A stretch of 64,000 nucleotides of DNA. It comes from Utricularia gibba. Its lineage: Eukaryota > Plantae > Magnoliophyta. The position numbers were made by a program, and so were the translations under genes. Shown piece after piece: positions 26,288 to 38,560 of this stretch. Under the pieces are notes generated by a model. It was given only the letters and a program-made list of their open reading frames with translations. It searched no databases and was not told where the DNA came from. Location: assembly GCA_002189035.1 (NCBI GenBank), contig NEEC01000009.1, positions 1,736,001 through 1,800,000 of the forward strand, given 5' to 3'. Within the stretch, counting starts at the first letter, position 1. Each line of letters starts with the position of its first letter.

Positions 26288-27015
26288 ATGGAGGAGCGGC
26301 GTCAGCCCACCGTAGAAGAAGGAACCCCTGGTCTTTCTCCACCGCCGTTCGAGACCTACGTCATTCGGGTTCCGCGAGACCAGATCTACCGCGTCCCCCA
26401 CCGGACCATGCGCGCATCGTCGAGGCGTATGGTAGTCGGATATCCGGTCAAAAAAAGGGCAAATCTTTCTGCCCCGGGGGCGTATGCCTCACCGTCCTCC
26501 TCATTGCCGTTCTCTGCGTCCTCGCAATGGCTGCCATTTTCACCGTTCGTCTCACCCTGTACGCGCCGTGGCCGCCCCAATTCTCCGTCGTGCGTTTCGA
26601 TCACAATCCTGGTAATGCTCACCGATTCGCCGTCACGCTCAAGGCCAAGAACCCCAACTCCAGAATGTCGGTCTCTTACCATGGCAGCGGACAATCATCC
26701 TTGCTTTTCGAAAATCAAAAAATCGGAGGTGGTGGATTTGTGAAGCCGGCAGATATGAAGCCAGAGGGCGTCGCCGATGTTCGCCTGGCGGTGCCTGAAA
26801 CCATACATCGATTGCCTCCGGCGACCCAAAAAGCATTAACCTCCTCTTCAGGGAAATCGATGGTTCTCAAGATCTCTGTGCCAGTAGAAATCAAGAGCTT
26901 GATCCGGAGCCAGAGCATGAATCTGAGAATCTCGTGTCATTTCACTGTGAAGAATTCACCACCCAAGAGAACCCAGATCACAAGACAGCAATGTCGAACT
27001 GAGTCGAATGTTTAA
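26288..27015 (+). CDS. NDR1/HIN1-like (LEA_2 domain) protein, intronless, split by a 1-bp deletion as assembled
   Basis: TYVIRVPRDQIYRVP is in one frame. PDHARIVE...VCLTVLLIAVLCVLAMAAIF (TM)...PPQFSV...VTLKAKNPNSRMSVSY...CHFTV is in the next. The frame change maps to the C5 run at 26395-26399. Confidence 0.85.
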
Positions 27016-27235
27016 TCTAACCACAATCATGTTCTTTCTCACCATTTTTCTGAGAAACAAGCAAAGAAAGGGATGAAGAATGTGGCAGTTTAGCCCATTT
27101 GTTAATAGATATTAGAGAAGAACAACTGATTGTGATTGCGCCCTTGTTGCTTCTTGCTTTAGCTGCAATAGACGAATTGAGCAAGATGCACAAGTACAAA
27201 AGAAAGGCAGCTGAGATGCTACAGCACCAGCTGAT

Positions 27236-29749
27236 TCAAATGCTAAAGGCCCTTGGTGCTGGTGCATAATTCTCATATGCAGTTTTAGCAGACTCACATT
27301 TCTGTTTGATGTCCTCGTACATTTTCACTGAAGCCTCCGAGAATTTCGTGAGCCGGTCGAGAACCCGCACCAGGCTTCCTTGTATGCAGCTGATATTGAA
27401 AGCTCGCCCATCATCTCCAGCAGCAGCATCATTGTTCTCAGCAGTTTTGCGAGATTCTTCTGCTTGGTTTCTCACAGAGCGCCGCAGATCAGATAAGAAA
27501 TCCTTAATAGCATCACTTACTTCCTGTGAAGGTAAAGATTTGATCCCATTGGACCAGTCTCTCGAGAGAACGAATGCAGGGGGCGCCAGATACCGTCGTG
27601 GAGACAGAGCCCGTCTGCCCTTGTGCCGTTCTCGTGGTTGCAGAATGCAGTTCTGCTGCCAACTGTTTATGGCCTCAATGTAGGAAGTGTAGCTGTTGAT
27701 CCAATCAGCGAAACTCAGGCCAAAGAACTCGACTTCGTCAATAAGCTGGTTGATGATTTGTCTCTGCGTTTCTCCAGGGGAGCCATGGAGGAGTTCTTCA
27801 CATGGTAAGCCAATGAGATCGTGATGTACTGCAAATGGTGGCATTCAAGCATGGCTTTCCACATCCTCGTCAGTCTGCAAATAACACAGCATACCAATAA
27901 CCACCATTCGAAGGAAAATGATCAAATAATATCATGTGTGAATGTATGTACGCTTGCAATCTCTCTCACCCCTGGATGAGCTCAAGAAGCTGTGGAAGCA
28001 ACTCTTCGTCGCGCATTTTCTCAATGCGCTTCGATATCGAACTGACTGCATGAAGAGCTACCTGAATTCTAGAATGGAGATCCTTCACAGCTGCACGAGT
28101 TTTATCGATGACCTGAGGAGATGCATCCTTTGCAAACTGATGCCGAAGCATCTCGCATTTGCGATCATATTGTTGCTGGATAGATTCGCTAGCCTAAGAA
28201 CACCAAGCACAACAACACCCATCAACGACGTTCCAAGCAGAAGCAAAGAAGTGGTAGCTAGTCAACTACCTTCACTTCATCATAGAGTTTTCTCTCCCAA
28301 GCATATATTCTATCGAGTGTGGACGAGTGGCTTCCAGAAATCATGCACAGTTCTTCAACAAAATCACTACCGCTATCTTCATTATCATCCTTTATTGTGA
28401 GAGGATTACGAGATGATGATGATCTGGAAGATGTAGTTCTTTTCCAAGTAATAACTTTGGTAACAAGTTGTTCTGTACAGAAAAAAAACACCAACAATAA
28501 CATTGATTCTTGATGATCTGTTAGTGTAATTCAGCAACAAATATATCAAGTACACAGAACTGAGTGAATACCATCAGATGATCGTTGTCTTCCACATCTG
28601 TAACAAGCTGACCCAAAACAACTAACATAACTTGAGGATGATGATACACCTATACACAAAAAACAGCATCAGAATCCTGGAAAGAGAATAACTCTCCTGC
28701 TGCAATGAAAGGTGAAAAGTGATTCCAAATGGAAATGAAATTAAAGCATAACAAATGCACCATGAACTCTTAGTAGATAATGTCCTTGTTGAAAGATCAG
28801 TAATTATACCTCTAGCTTCATAGCCAACACGAATTTTGTTGGACTCAAGCATCCTTGACAATTCCTTCCCTGATTCAGAAGCTCTAAAGAACCGATTGTC
28901 GATGTCCTTAATACTAGATAGAAAATCTTTGGCTCTGTGTGTAATAAACTCAGAAGGATCCTCCTGTTCACCATGTACATCTTTCTCAATCGAAGTTGTA
29001 TTTTTCCTCTGATTCATGGGTCCCGCTGAAGTTTTTCCGGTCACACTCAAAATTGGTTCATTTGGAAATGTCCTAATGCCTGTATCATGAACTTCTCCCC
29101 CACTCGTACTATTATCTGCATTGCTCATTACCAATTTTCCATTTTTATCTGAGGGAGCCCCTGCGTTGGAGTTCATCATCACTTGTGGAGCAGTACTGAT
29201 CCCACTTGAATCCATGCCTTTATAGCCATAGTCTTTGCTCAATTCATTAGCACCATAAGAGTTTGAACTATTAAACCTGAAACTCTCATCTGCAGGGTCA
29301 AAGTAATCCCAAGAAGATCCTGACTCCGGCAGCGGAGGAGGTGGAACCATTGGAAATTCCTTTTCCTCCACAAAATGATCTCTATGATTTGCACTCAAAC
29401 TAACAGTCATCGTACCGACCTCATTGGACCTCATATAACTAACTCTAGCTCCAGCAGGTGAAAGAGGGCTATGATTGAGCATTGGTGAATCCGAGATTCC
29501 GAATCCATGAGATGGTGAAGGAGACTGAAATGAGGAATGTGATGGAGTTTTATCATAGGTTTCGACCAAAACTTCCGCCTCAGCATACCTCCTAAGGGCA
29601 ATGCCAATGTTTCTTAAAGACTGAACATATGAAACATGGGCAGCTGCTAAAGCATATCTCCAGTCAATAGCTTGCTTGATATACCTCTTCCTCTCCTTGC
29701 AGAGCTTCAGAGCGGTACTCCTCTCAGCTCTAGAATTTGTTGCTCCCAT
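27236..29749 (-). CDS. DUF630/DUF632 protein (NRG2/APSR1 family), with a 1-bp deletion in the last exon as assembled
   Basis: MGATNSR...ALKLCKERKRYIKQAIDWRYALAAAHVSYVQSLRNIG (DUF630), SWDYFDP, SHSSTLDRIYAWERKLYDEVK and LLELIQGLTRMWKAMLECHH (DUF632). The frame changes at the G4 run 27777-27780. Confidence 0.9.
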
Positions 29750-30177
29750 AACTAGAAAATGAATTGCAATAAGAGAACAAAAAAATCCATACGTGAAATT
29801 TAGAGGACAATGTACCACTTTCCTGGGAAACATCTGCATAACTCACTGAATACAGTGAAAAGAAAAAAGAGAAAGTGGAACAATGCAAACCTCTAAAGCA
29901 AAGAATAGACAGATTCGGAATTAGGAAGATGCAATCGTGTCTCCAGGATTCATGGCCCTTTAGCTTTTACCACGTTTTTGCCTGCAAATACAGAAAATTG
30001 GCCGCAAAAAAGGTCGGACACGGAAAATGCAAGAAAAAGAAAAGGAAGAAGGAAGATGCACATGAGAAGATCCGAAGAATTTTGCCTCCCCACATAAAGA
30101 TGGAAACTTAAAGCATATCACTCTCTGTATAAACCCAGAAGACACTCAAAAGGCCAACCTAGTCAAGAAACACAATG

Positions 30178-30352
30178 CAGAGGGAGAGCGAGAGAGACAG
30201 GGTGCAAAATGACGAAACCCCAGACATCAAATCCTTACGAAAATGCACTCAAAAGCCCAAGCCAGTAAAGAAATACAACGCAGCGAGAGGGAGAGAGGCG
30301 AGATAGAGACATGAGCAAAATGCAGAAACCCCAGACCTCGAATCCGTACGAT
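30178..30352. repeat. Degenerate tandem duplication (about 112-bp period) upstream of the DUF632 gene
   Basis: GAGAGAC...GCAAAATG..GAAACCCCAGAC...AATCC.TACGA occurs twice. The core GAAACCCCAGAC is at 30214-30225 and 30326-30337. Confidence 0.7.
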
Positions 30353-31195
30353 AACGGGCAAAATCAACCCTTCCCAATGGCGAAATGATGAGAGAAATAA
30401 AGTGTGATACGGACGGCAAAGCACCGAGGAGAGGAGTTGCAAGGAGAGTCACTTCGCTTCAAATCGTCCAAGTTCCTTCTCCTCCTCTTCCCTGTTATTA
30501 ATGCGGAAAAGGTGGGCTGTTATATACTGCAAAAAAAGGTAAGTGCTTGAGTCAGCAACCATTCTCCTTTCTCTTTTTTCATACACTTTTCATGTGCTTT
30601 TATCTTGCACTAAAGAAGAATTCTGTTCAGCAACACCCCAGATTCATTACCCACTACCCCGTCATCCAAACCCTTACGCCCAGCTGAACCCTCACCGGAA
30701 TCCGAGTTCGTACTCTGGTCGACTGCATGCATGTGACCCAAGGGCGACCCATTCGGAGTAATAATCAAGCTCAAGCTCAGGCGCCATTGAAGGTTGACTT
30801 ATGGAGCTTGAGATTGAAATTGAATGCCCTGGGGAACAATCGCTAATTAACCAGTAATTAATGGATGAAGAGCATAATTAGGGTTGGCTTCAATGATTGG
30901 GAAATTGAAAAGGCCTCATCAATGGCCGGCCCAATGATTCAACCCGGCCCGTCGAAATTATAATATTTTATTTTTGAAACTATTTCCACATATTTTTGTA
31001 AAATCTGAAAAAAAATATTTTTGATGGCTATGGTAGTGGTGACGCAGGTTTCAGGAGGATTCGTGGCAACGCTTGGATCTTTGAATCCTAGATGTTTCCT
31101 CTCCTTCCTCGTTGATCACACGCAACACAGGCGATTGTTACGTGGTGCACTTTTATGTGCACTTGTGCCGTTCTAAAGAAAGAGTTGCAGTAATC

Positions 31196-34100
31196 ATGGC
31201 TGCAATCAGCATAACAAACCCAGGTAGTAATTACTTCAGGTTCTCACTTGGGACCAAAGCCGATGCTTCATGTACGGGGGCTTCTGTGAGCACCCTTTTC
31301 TCGAATGGGCGGCCTTTTAAACGAGTTTCCAACTTCAGAGCTCGTTGTAGCGTAAAACAGAGCGAAAGGAACGCTGCTGCCGAAGCAGAAAGTTTAGTTA
31401 ATGGGAAGATAGCGGAGGTGGGAAATGAACCTGGGAAAGCTGGTTCTGCTTGGGACTGGTCCTCGTTGAAGAATCTTCCTCGAAGATACAAGCTCATTGG
31501 GACTACGTCTTTAGCCTTTGTTATTTGCAACATGGACAAGGTATTTTTTTGTTCCTGTTTACTGTTTGTATTGCGAGAGTTTATGGTCATTGATTGATTA
31601 GGGGGATTTCACAGATTTTCAAATGATAGTTCGTTCATTCCAGGCTGAGAAGGCCCTTTTTTTGTTGCCCTTTTGATGCACATAAATCGTGTTTGCTAAT
31701 CCACATAAGTTCATCTAGTTGTGTTGTCCAAAATATTACTTGAGTAGAGTTTGGGTGACGGTTGAAATTCTTGTCCTTTACCGAGTAGGTGAACTTGAGC
31801 GTTGCCATCATTCCAATGTCACATGAATATGGATGGAATGCATCTGTGGCTGGACTGGTGCAGTCATCTTTCTTTTGGGGCTATGCGCTAAGTCAATTGC
31901 CTGGTGGTTGGCTGGCAAAAGTTTTTGGTGGGAGGTTTGATTTCTGGGCTCGTCTCATTCCAATGTTATGTGATAACAAGTTGTTTACTAGTGTCATCTG
32001 GTTTTGTTTACAATGCCAATGTTATCCATAAGTGGCTAGCATTAACAAGATATTGTGGTTAATTTGCTATTTTTGAACATGGTTCCCCCTAGGCATTACT
32101 GCCTACCACTGACGGTGAACTTGTCCCACTCAAGAATGTTTTTTTTTTCCTCAGACTTCATTACCCTGTGTTGCCTTTTTTTTGCAGGAAAGTACTTGAG
32201 TTTGGCGTGCTGGTTTGGTCATTGGGTACAGTTTTTGTTCCAGGTCTTGCTGGTTTTTTCCCTGGGCTCATCTTTAGTAGAATATTGGTAATTTCATAGT
32301 CATTACTGCTTCTTGAGAATTTTGATTCTCGGCTACTCTGGAATCCATATTTTAGAATGATGGCATGGGATGTTTATTTCTCTGTTGCACTACCTTTGCC
32401 ATACTGACTTATTAGAAATTTTAGGTTGGTATCGGAGAAGGTGTGTCACCTTCTGCAGCCACTGATATGATCGCCAGGTACTCTTCTGGGGTGGATTCAA
32501 TATGTCCTCATCATCTTTATTATTGCTTGTCGTATTATTCAAAATTATAGTGCATAGTTTCTAAAGGCCACTTACCATGGCTGTTTCAGGACAATTCCAA
32601 TAGAAGAGCGTTCACGTGCAGTGTCATTTGTTTTTGGTGGTTTGAGCGTTGGGAGTGTCTTGGGGTAAACATCATACCAGTGCTCAATTATCCACATTAA
32701 CATGCAAAACTTCACTATGTCTATTTTTATTTTTACATCTTCTATCAGATTTTCTGATCCATTTTTTTATTGTAAAACTCAGGCTTCTCTTTGCTCCCCC
32801 ACTCATCCAGAACTATGGCTGGGAATCCGTGTTTTACATTTTTGGCTTCCTCGGTATCGTGTGGTGAATATTACTCTGAACACTTGTAAATATTCAGCGT
32901 TTCTGAATCTCTTGTTCATGATCAAATTTAATGAAGTGCATGATGCTTTTGTTTCCGCTAATGTAGCTCTAATCTTTTACTCTGATTTTACTGAACTCCT
33001 TTCAGGTTTTCAGTATTTCAGTATTTCAGTGAAGATCAGCCTACATTCAAGGCTACTGGTTTATCATGTATGTATTTTACTTGGTCATTTGATTCCTTTC
33101 AGCTGTCATTTCCATTCTTGGTACTATCAATGACAAGCTTCATGATTCAGTTCCAAGACAATTTATTTAAATAACATACATGAGACACTTCACTCTGATA
33201 GAGTGTGTTTCACCATCTAGTTTTTCATCTCTTGCTCTCTCAGGGCTGCAGCCTAACACCAGTCAAAAGCCATGGAGTTCTTCTTTAGTCGAGTTGGGGA
33301 GTTCGTTGAAGGTAGGTTTCATGAATTGCATTTCAATAAATCAGCCTTCGAATCAGAGTGAACATTCAGTGTGTATTTTGGGTGGGAATGATAACAGCCT
33401 GCTTACAGTGATGCTGCATGCTAGGAGTAACTCTCCAATGGCGCAGCAGTGAATAAAGGTGCTTTTTTTTCCCCTTTCAGGAAGTGCCATGGAGAGAATT
33501 CTTCAAATCCAAGGCTGTCTGGGCGATGATATATGCCCATTTTTGTGGATGTTGGGGACACTACACTTGCTTATCATGGCTCCCTACATACTTCAGGTGC
33601 TTTTCTCTTTACATAGTGCGGTTCCATTCCTTGTTCTGACTCTTCATTTTGTACTACTCATTGACAGTGAAGAGTTGAACCTTGACCTCACTGAGGCTGC
33701 ATGGGTACCCTTCTGCTTTCCTGAGAAAAAAGATTTCTTTCTCTATACAACTTCAATGAACTTAATCATGTATCCTCTGTAGGTCTCTGTTCTTCCCCCC
33801 TTGCCTCCATATTCACCACTAGCTTTGCATCTCAATTTGCTGACAATTTGATTGCCAAAGGAGTCGATGTTACCATCGTAAGCATCTCGACTTTTTTTCA
33901 TCTTTTTTTCGGTATTCAGGTCTGCTCGTGCTGAGAGGAACCAATGCATATCTTATGAAACAGGTCCGCAAGATATGCCAAACAATATCCTTCGTTTCCC
34001 CTGCAATTTGCATGATCCTTTGCTCGGTGGACATAGGACTGAGTCCCTGGGAGATTGTGTTGATTCTCACGGGAGGCTTAGCATTAACGAGCTTTGCCTT

Positions 34101-34572
34101 GTCGGGTACGTTCAGCTGCTCTGAATGTACTTACTCATTGATCATCTTCCCGTAATGGATGCATTGGCAACAGGCTTGTACTGCACTCACCAAGACATAT
34201 CACCTGAATATGCAAGCGTCCTTCTGGTAAGTAAGCCGTTTGGACCAAGATCTCTCATCTTCGATCTCCCAAACTGATCTGTGCAGTGAATCAATCGACA
34301 GGGAATCACCAACACGATCGGAGCGACTCCCGGAATCATCGGCGTCGCGCTCACAGGCTATCTACTGGATTCCACTCACTCCTGGCCGGTAAACCCTCCC
34401 CCCCGGACAAACTTGGGATTCCCGGCGGAGATGTGAAAAATAAATGATACCTGTGTCTTTTTCTGTTCAGATATCGTTGTTCGCGCCGTCGATCTTCTTC
34501 TACCTCACCGGCACCGTCGTGTGGTTGGTGTTTGCGAGCAGCGAGCCCCAGAAATTCTCAAGAACGGAGTGA
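31196..34572 (+). CDS. PHT4;5: Plastid PHT4-family anion/phosphate transporter PHT4;5 (ANTR6), with a 1-bp deletion in one exon as assembled
   Basis: KNLPRRYKLIGTTSLAFVICNMDK/VNLSVAIIPMSHEYGW...VQSSFFWGYALSQLPGGWLAK, AMIYAHFCGCWGHY, VRKICQTI and GLYCTHQDISPEYAS. Exon 33783-33877 is 95 bp and needs 96 (C6 run at 33795-33800). Confidence 0.92.
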
Positions 34573-35552
34573 ACAGCCACCCCTCAGACTCCGGCCCAGC
34601 GCTTGTAGCAGCTCTTCCTCTACCCAGTCTACCTCAACTCTTATTTATTAATATTATTTTTTTAATCAAAATATTTTATTGAATATTTATGCATAAAAAA
34701 GAAAGAAAAATAAACTGTCAGGTGGTTTGATGACGGCCAAAACCAAGTCTGTGATGATCCGATCTACAGGGAATCCAGATTGGGTTGACCTGATCGGACG
34801 TGGCATCGCCGTCTGCGACCCCTGGCGGTAGTGATTTGGCCGCAACCGCCCTATCCGTAAGTCGAGAAGCTAGAATGATTGAATTAGGGTTTAGTCGGTT
34901 TTCACGGCGGAGGGTCCGGTCGCAATTGGAGTTCCACGTCGAGGCGAAACGGAATCGCTTTTCCCACCTGTTTCGGTTTGGGCATCGTTGGCTAAGCGGT
35001 TGAAGGTTTTCCGGACATCGTAAGTACCGCCCTAGTTTTCTGGAATGTTGTCCAAAACATTCAAGATTTGAACTTTGAGGATGTCGCCCGTTCTCTCTGC
35101 CTCCTGCCCCCCTTTTTTGCACAGTTTATCCAGATGGGCTGCTTAACTATTGTTTTACTGTGTTAAGTTTGAACAGTAGTAAGCATCAATGGCAAAATGA
35201 TTGATTGATTGGGCAGACTGGAGTGTGTTTGTTTGTTTGTCTTAGCAAGAAAAAGAAAGGAAAAACAAAACAAAGCAAAGTGCTCATTCACTTCACTATC
35301 CCAGCACCGGATTTGAATGGAAGGAAGCCAAGTTGGGCAAGTGTGGAGGAGTTCCGTGCCCACTGTGGTGCTGCTGCCACCCATTCTTTTTTATCTTCTT
35401 GTCTTGTTGTTTTCAACTCCCCCCTATTTACCACTCCCCTTCACTTTTCACCCCTGAAGCTTTAAACCGCAGCCCCCATCTTGGCGTAGGTGCCATTCCT
35501 TCCTCTGAAAGAGATGGAACTCGTCAACTAATGAGCAACAACAGCAACAGCA

Positions 35553-35969
35553 ATGGTGGGCTCTTCCTCCTCCTCCCTCTTCCTCCCACTCTTCTTCTTC
35601 CTCTTCTTCACATTCTTCATCTGCGCAAATTCCACACACATCTACAAGGTACTCTCTTGCTTTATCTCCGCTTTCTGGCACAAACGCACACCCGGGTATC
35701 CACTTACTTACTTCGCTGTTCCCCGTAGGGACTTGTGGTGACGGAGAAGACGAGATTGGGTCGCGGCCGCCGAGCTGCCACAACAAATGTAACCAGTGCC
35801 ACCCCTGCTTCGCAGTTCAAGTTCCTTCTTTTCCCACCCACAGCCGCCGTCTGCGCCCGGAGTTCTCCTCCGTGGAGAAGTACCTGTACCCCTTCCCGTG
35901 AACAGGTACTCCTACTACAAGCCGCTTGGATGGAGATGCAGATGCGGCGCCCATGTGTACAACCCCTGA
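35553..35969 (+). CDS. EPIDERMAL PATTERNING FACTOR-LIKE secreted peptide (EPFL1-like), with two frameshifts as assembled
   Basis: Exon 1 (35553-35648) is the signal peptide MVGSSSSSLFLPLFFFLFF..., followed by an 80-bp GT-AG intron. Exon 2 reads GLVVTEKTRLG / SRPPSCHNKCNQCHPCFAVQVP... / NRYSYYKPLGWRCRCGAHVYNP*, spread over three frames. This is the six-Cys EPFL mature-peptide pattern. Confidence 0.88.
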
Positions 35970-38560
35970 GCCCCGAACCTCCCTACCAATGTAACGAGGA
36001 AGTGCAGTCGTACATCCCCGAGGAACATGTCGGCGGCGCGGGCGAGATTGTACAGAGAAACTGTTGTTAGTCAAAGAACGAGTCTCCGGTGGGCGATTTG
36101 GTTTTTGCGGCAACGGGCTTCTCCATTCCCCATGAATTCATGTCGCCTCCTTTTTTTCTTTTTTCCTGCTCATCTTGGGATTTTCACGTGTCCCACGTGC
36201 CTGTGTGTCTGTAAGAGCGCTGGAACATTAATTTTTAACTTCATTTTATATTATTATCTCATGTATTCAAACAAATTAAAATGCATTAATTTTTTAAGTA
36301 AAATCGTATATAAATCTAATTATAAAATTTTTATCAATAAATAATATTTTATAAAATATACTTATTTTAAAAACCTCTCCTATTTCTTAGTCCTATTCAA
36401 CTTAAGACCTTATCATAGGTATATTAAAAAATATAATCATTCCCTTTCACAATATGAAAAGATGGACAAGAGTCGATTGCAATGGTTACTTAAATCAACA
36501 TGACTCATTCAAAACGAGTTTCGAAACGATATGATCAAATTTGTAAATGATCCCCATAATCCCATCGGGTTGCGGTGTCGGACTCGGACTCGGACTCGGC
36601 AAGAGATGGGTGAAGGAAGCAGTTGGAGAGGATGAAGGGAGGCGTGTCCCAACCCGCGTCACAACACTCAACAAGATAAGAGGTTTCCTTTTCTTGTTGG
36701 GTCGGGTCGGGTCGGGTCGAATCGGATCCTTCTGAAACTGCCAGCCAGTTTCTGGGCGAAGAAGCTGACGCACAGCTGAGCTGACAGTGCAGACTGCAGG
36801 GAACCCAAGCAACACAATCATTTTAATATACTTTTTTTGTCAAAAGGAGAAAAGGTAAAAATTATTAAAAACAAACAATTACATAAAATTAAATTAAAAT
36901 ATTTAAGATATGTAATAAATTACAGATCATTAATAATAGATTATATTTAAATTCACATATGTTCATATTACACATTGAATACTTAGTTTTAATAAGAATA
37001 ACAAAATTTGTTTATTACTAAATAATTTCAAGGTGTGGGTGGGGTTAGGTTGGAGGGAGATTATGGTAATTTAATATGAATACACCAAAATCATGTATAT
37101 ATTCGAAAATGAAAAATTTGTTCATCCGTACGCTTTGGGCAATACGCATGATATTTATATTCACCTCATTCCGAAAATAATATATATTTTATTTTACTTC
37201 AATTCTATTCGTTCTCATTATTGTATTTTGATATGGAGCCATCATCGGTCGCCGGTCGGTCGGTCGGCCAGCAGGCAGGTGACGAGTAACCCGTATAGTT
37301 GGGTTTTTATGGTGTGATGGGCAACTGCAAATTTTATAAGGTACAGTTGACTCGAGAAGCAGGTGGGCGCCTGTTGGCTTCAAATGGAGACTGGTTCTTT
37401 CTTTTTTTTTCTCTGAAAAATATTGGGAGGGAGACTGTTGTCCAGACGCTTACAATGGGGAAATCCTGTCCAGCGAAAAATCTGTGTTCAGATGAAGGGC
37501 AGAGTCAACTTGTCCCAATATTCAACCATCAACTAACCTCCCCTTCTGGGTAATGGTAATGTTGTGTTGTATTTTTGGGTATGATAATTTTGGGAGTGAA
37601 ACTCAGAACAAAAGGTGGTAGATGCATGAGTAAAAACGCAGCCCCCTCTTCCTTTACTCCCCTGTCTTGTTCCCTCTCTGCATCGGCTTGGAAAAATCAG
37701 AAGCTCGCTTCGGCCTTAGCTTCTAGTTTTTCTTTCCTATAAGTTTCTCACCCTCCAACGCGATCGAGCGCGTTCTTTTTTTTTTTTTGTGACCATTTTT
37801 TGTTTTCGCTTCTGCCCATCTATCATCTTTTGGGTATTTTCTCCATTCCTGTTTTCGTGCATATTTGTTTACAACTCTCTGTATGTGATATTTTGTTCGT
37901 TGTGGCCTTCTTTCTGGAGGTTTTTGGGGTCTTTCTTTGTTTTTAGCAGTATCGGGTATGAGTTGACTTGCGTGTTTTGGTGCCAATTGGTGGGTGGTGA
38001 TTGGGGGATTGGAGTCGTTTCGTAGTATGGTGTGCGATGAGTTTTTCTCCAGCTTCTTTAGTCGCTGTTCATCATGATTTTTTTTCATTGTTTCTGCATT
38101 TTTTTTCCTTGCTGAAAGGTGGTAGGCTAGTGGGCTGACTTGCAAATCTTGTAAAAATGAAGATTTTAGGCATTTCAGTTGATGGGTTCTTGTAATTCAG
38201 CAGTTTGTATAAAGTGTTCAATTCAACTCTGGATTTACCTTTTTGTCCATAAGCAGTATGGAGATTCCTCCGGTTCAGGATTTCCATCCCTTGCCTTATC
38301 CAGTACACTGAGACTGCTACTTTAGGAGATGTTTTATGTGCAGTTACTCAGATTCCGCTGTTCTTCTTTCCCTGTTGCAGAAACACTACGGTTACCCAAC
38401 TTGCGCATCTTTTCATGCTTTGAATTCATAATCTCGCATTCTAACCTCATTTCCATGCTTTGGTGTTTCTGATCGCTTCTGGTGCGATGGTGAGCTATGC
38501 TTTGTATCCAACCTCCGGTTGACTCCTTGTTGTTTGCCTCCTAGGAGAGTAAGAGAGGAT

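Noticed and set aside
35333-36070. 131-aa and 111-aa plus-strand ORFs as novel proteins
   Set aside because: They are off-frame readings of the EPFL gene.
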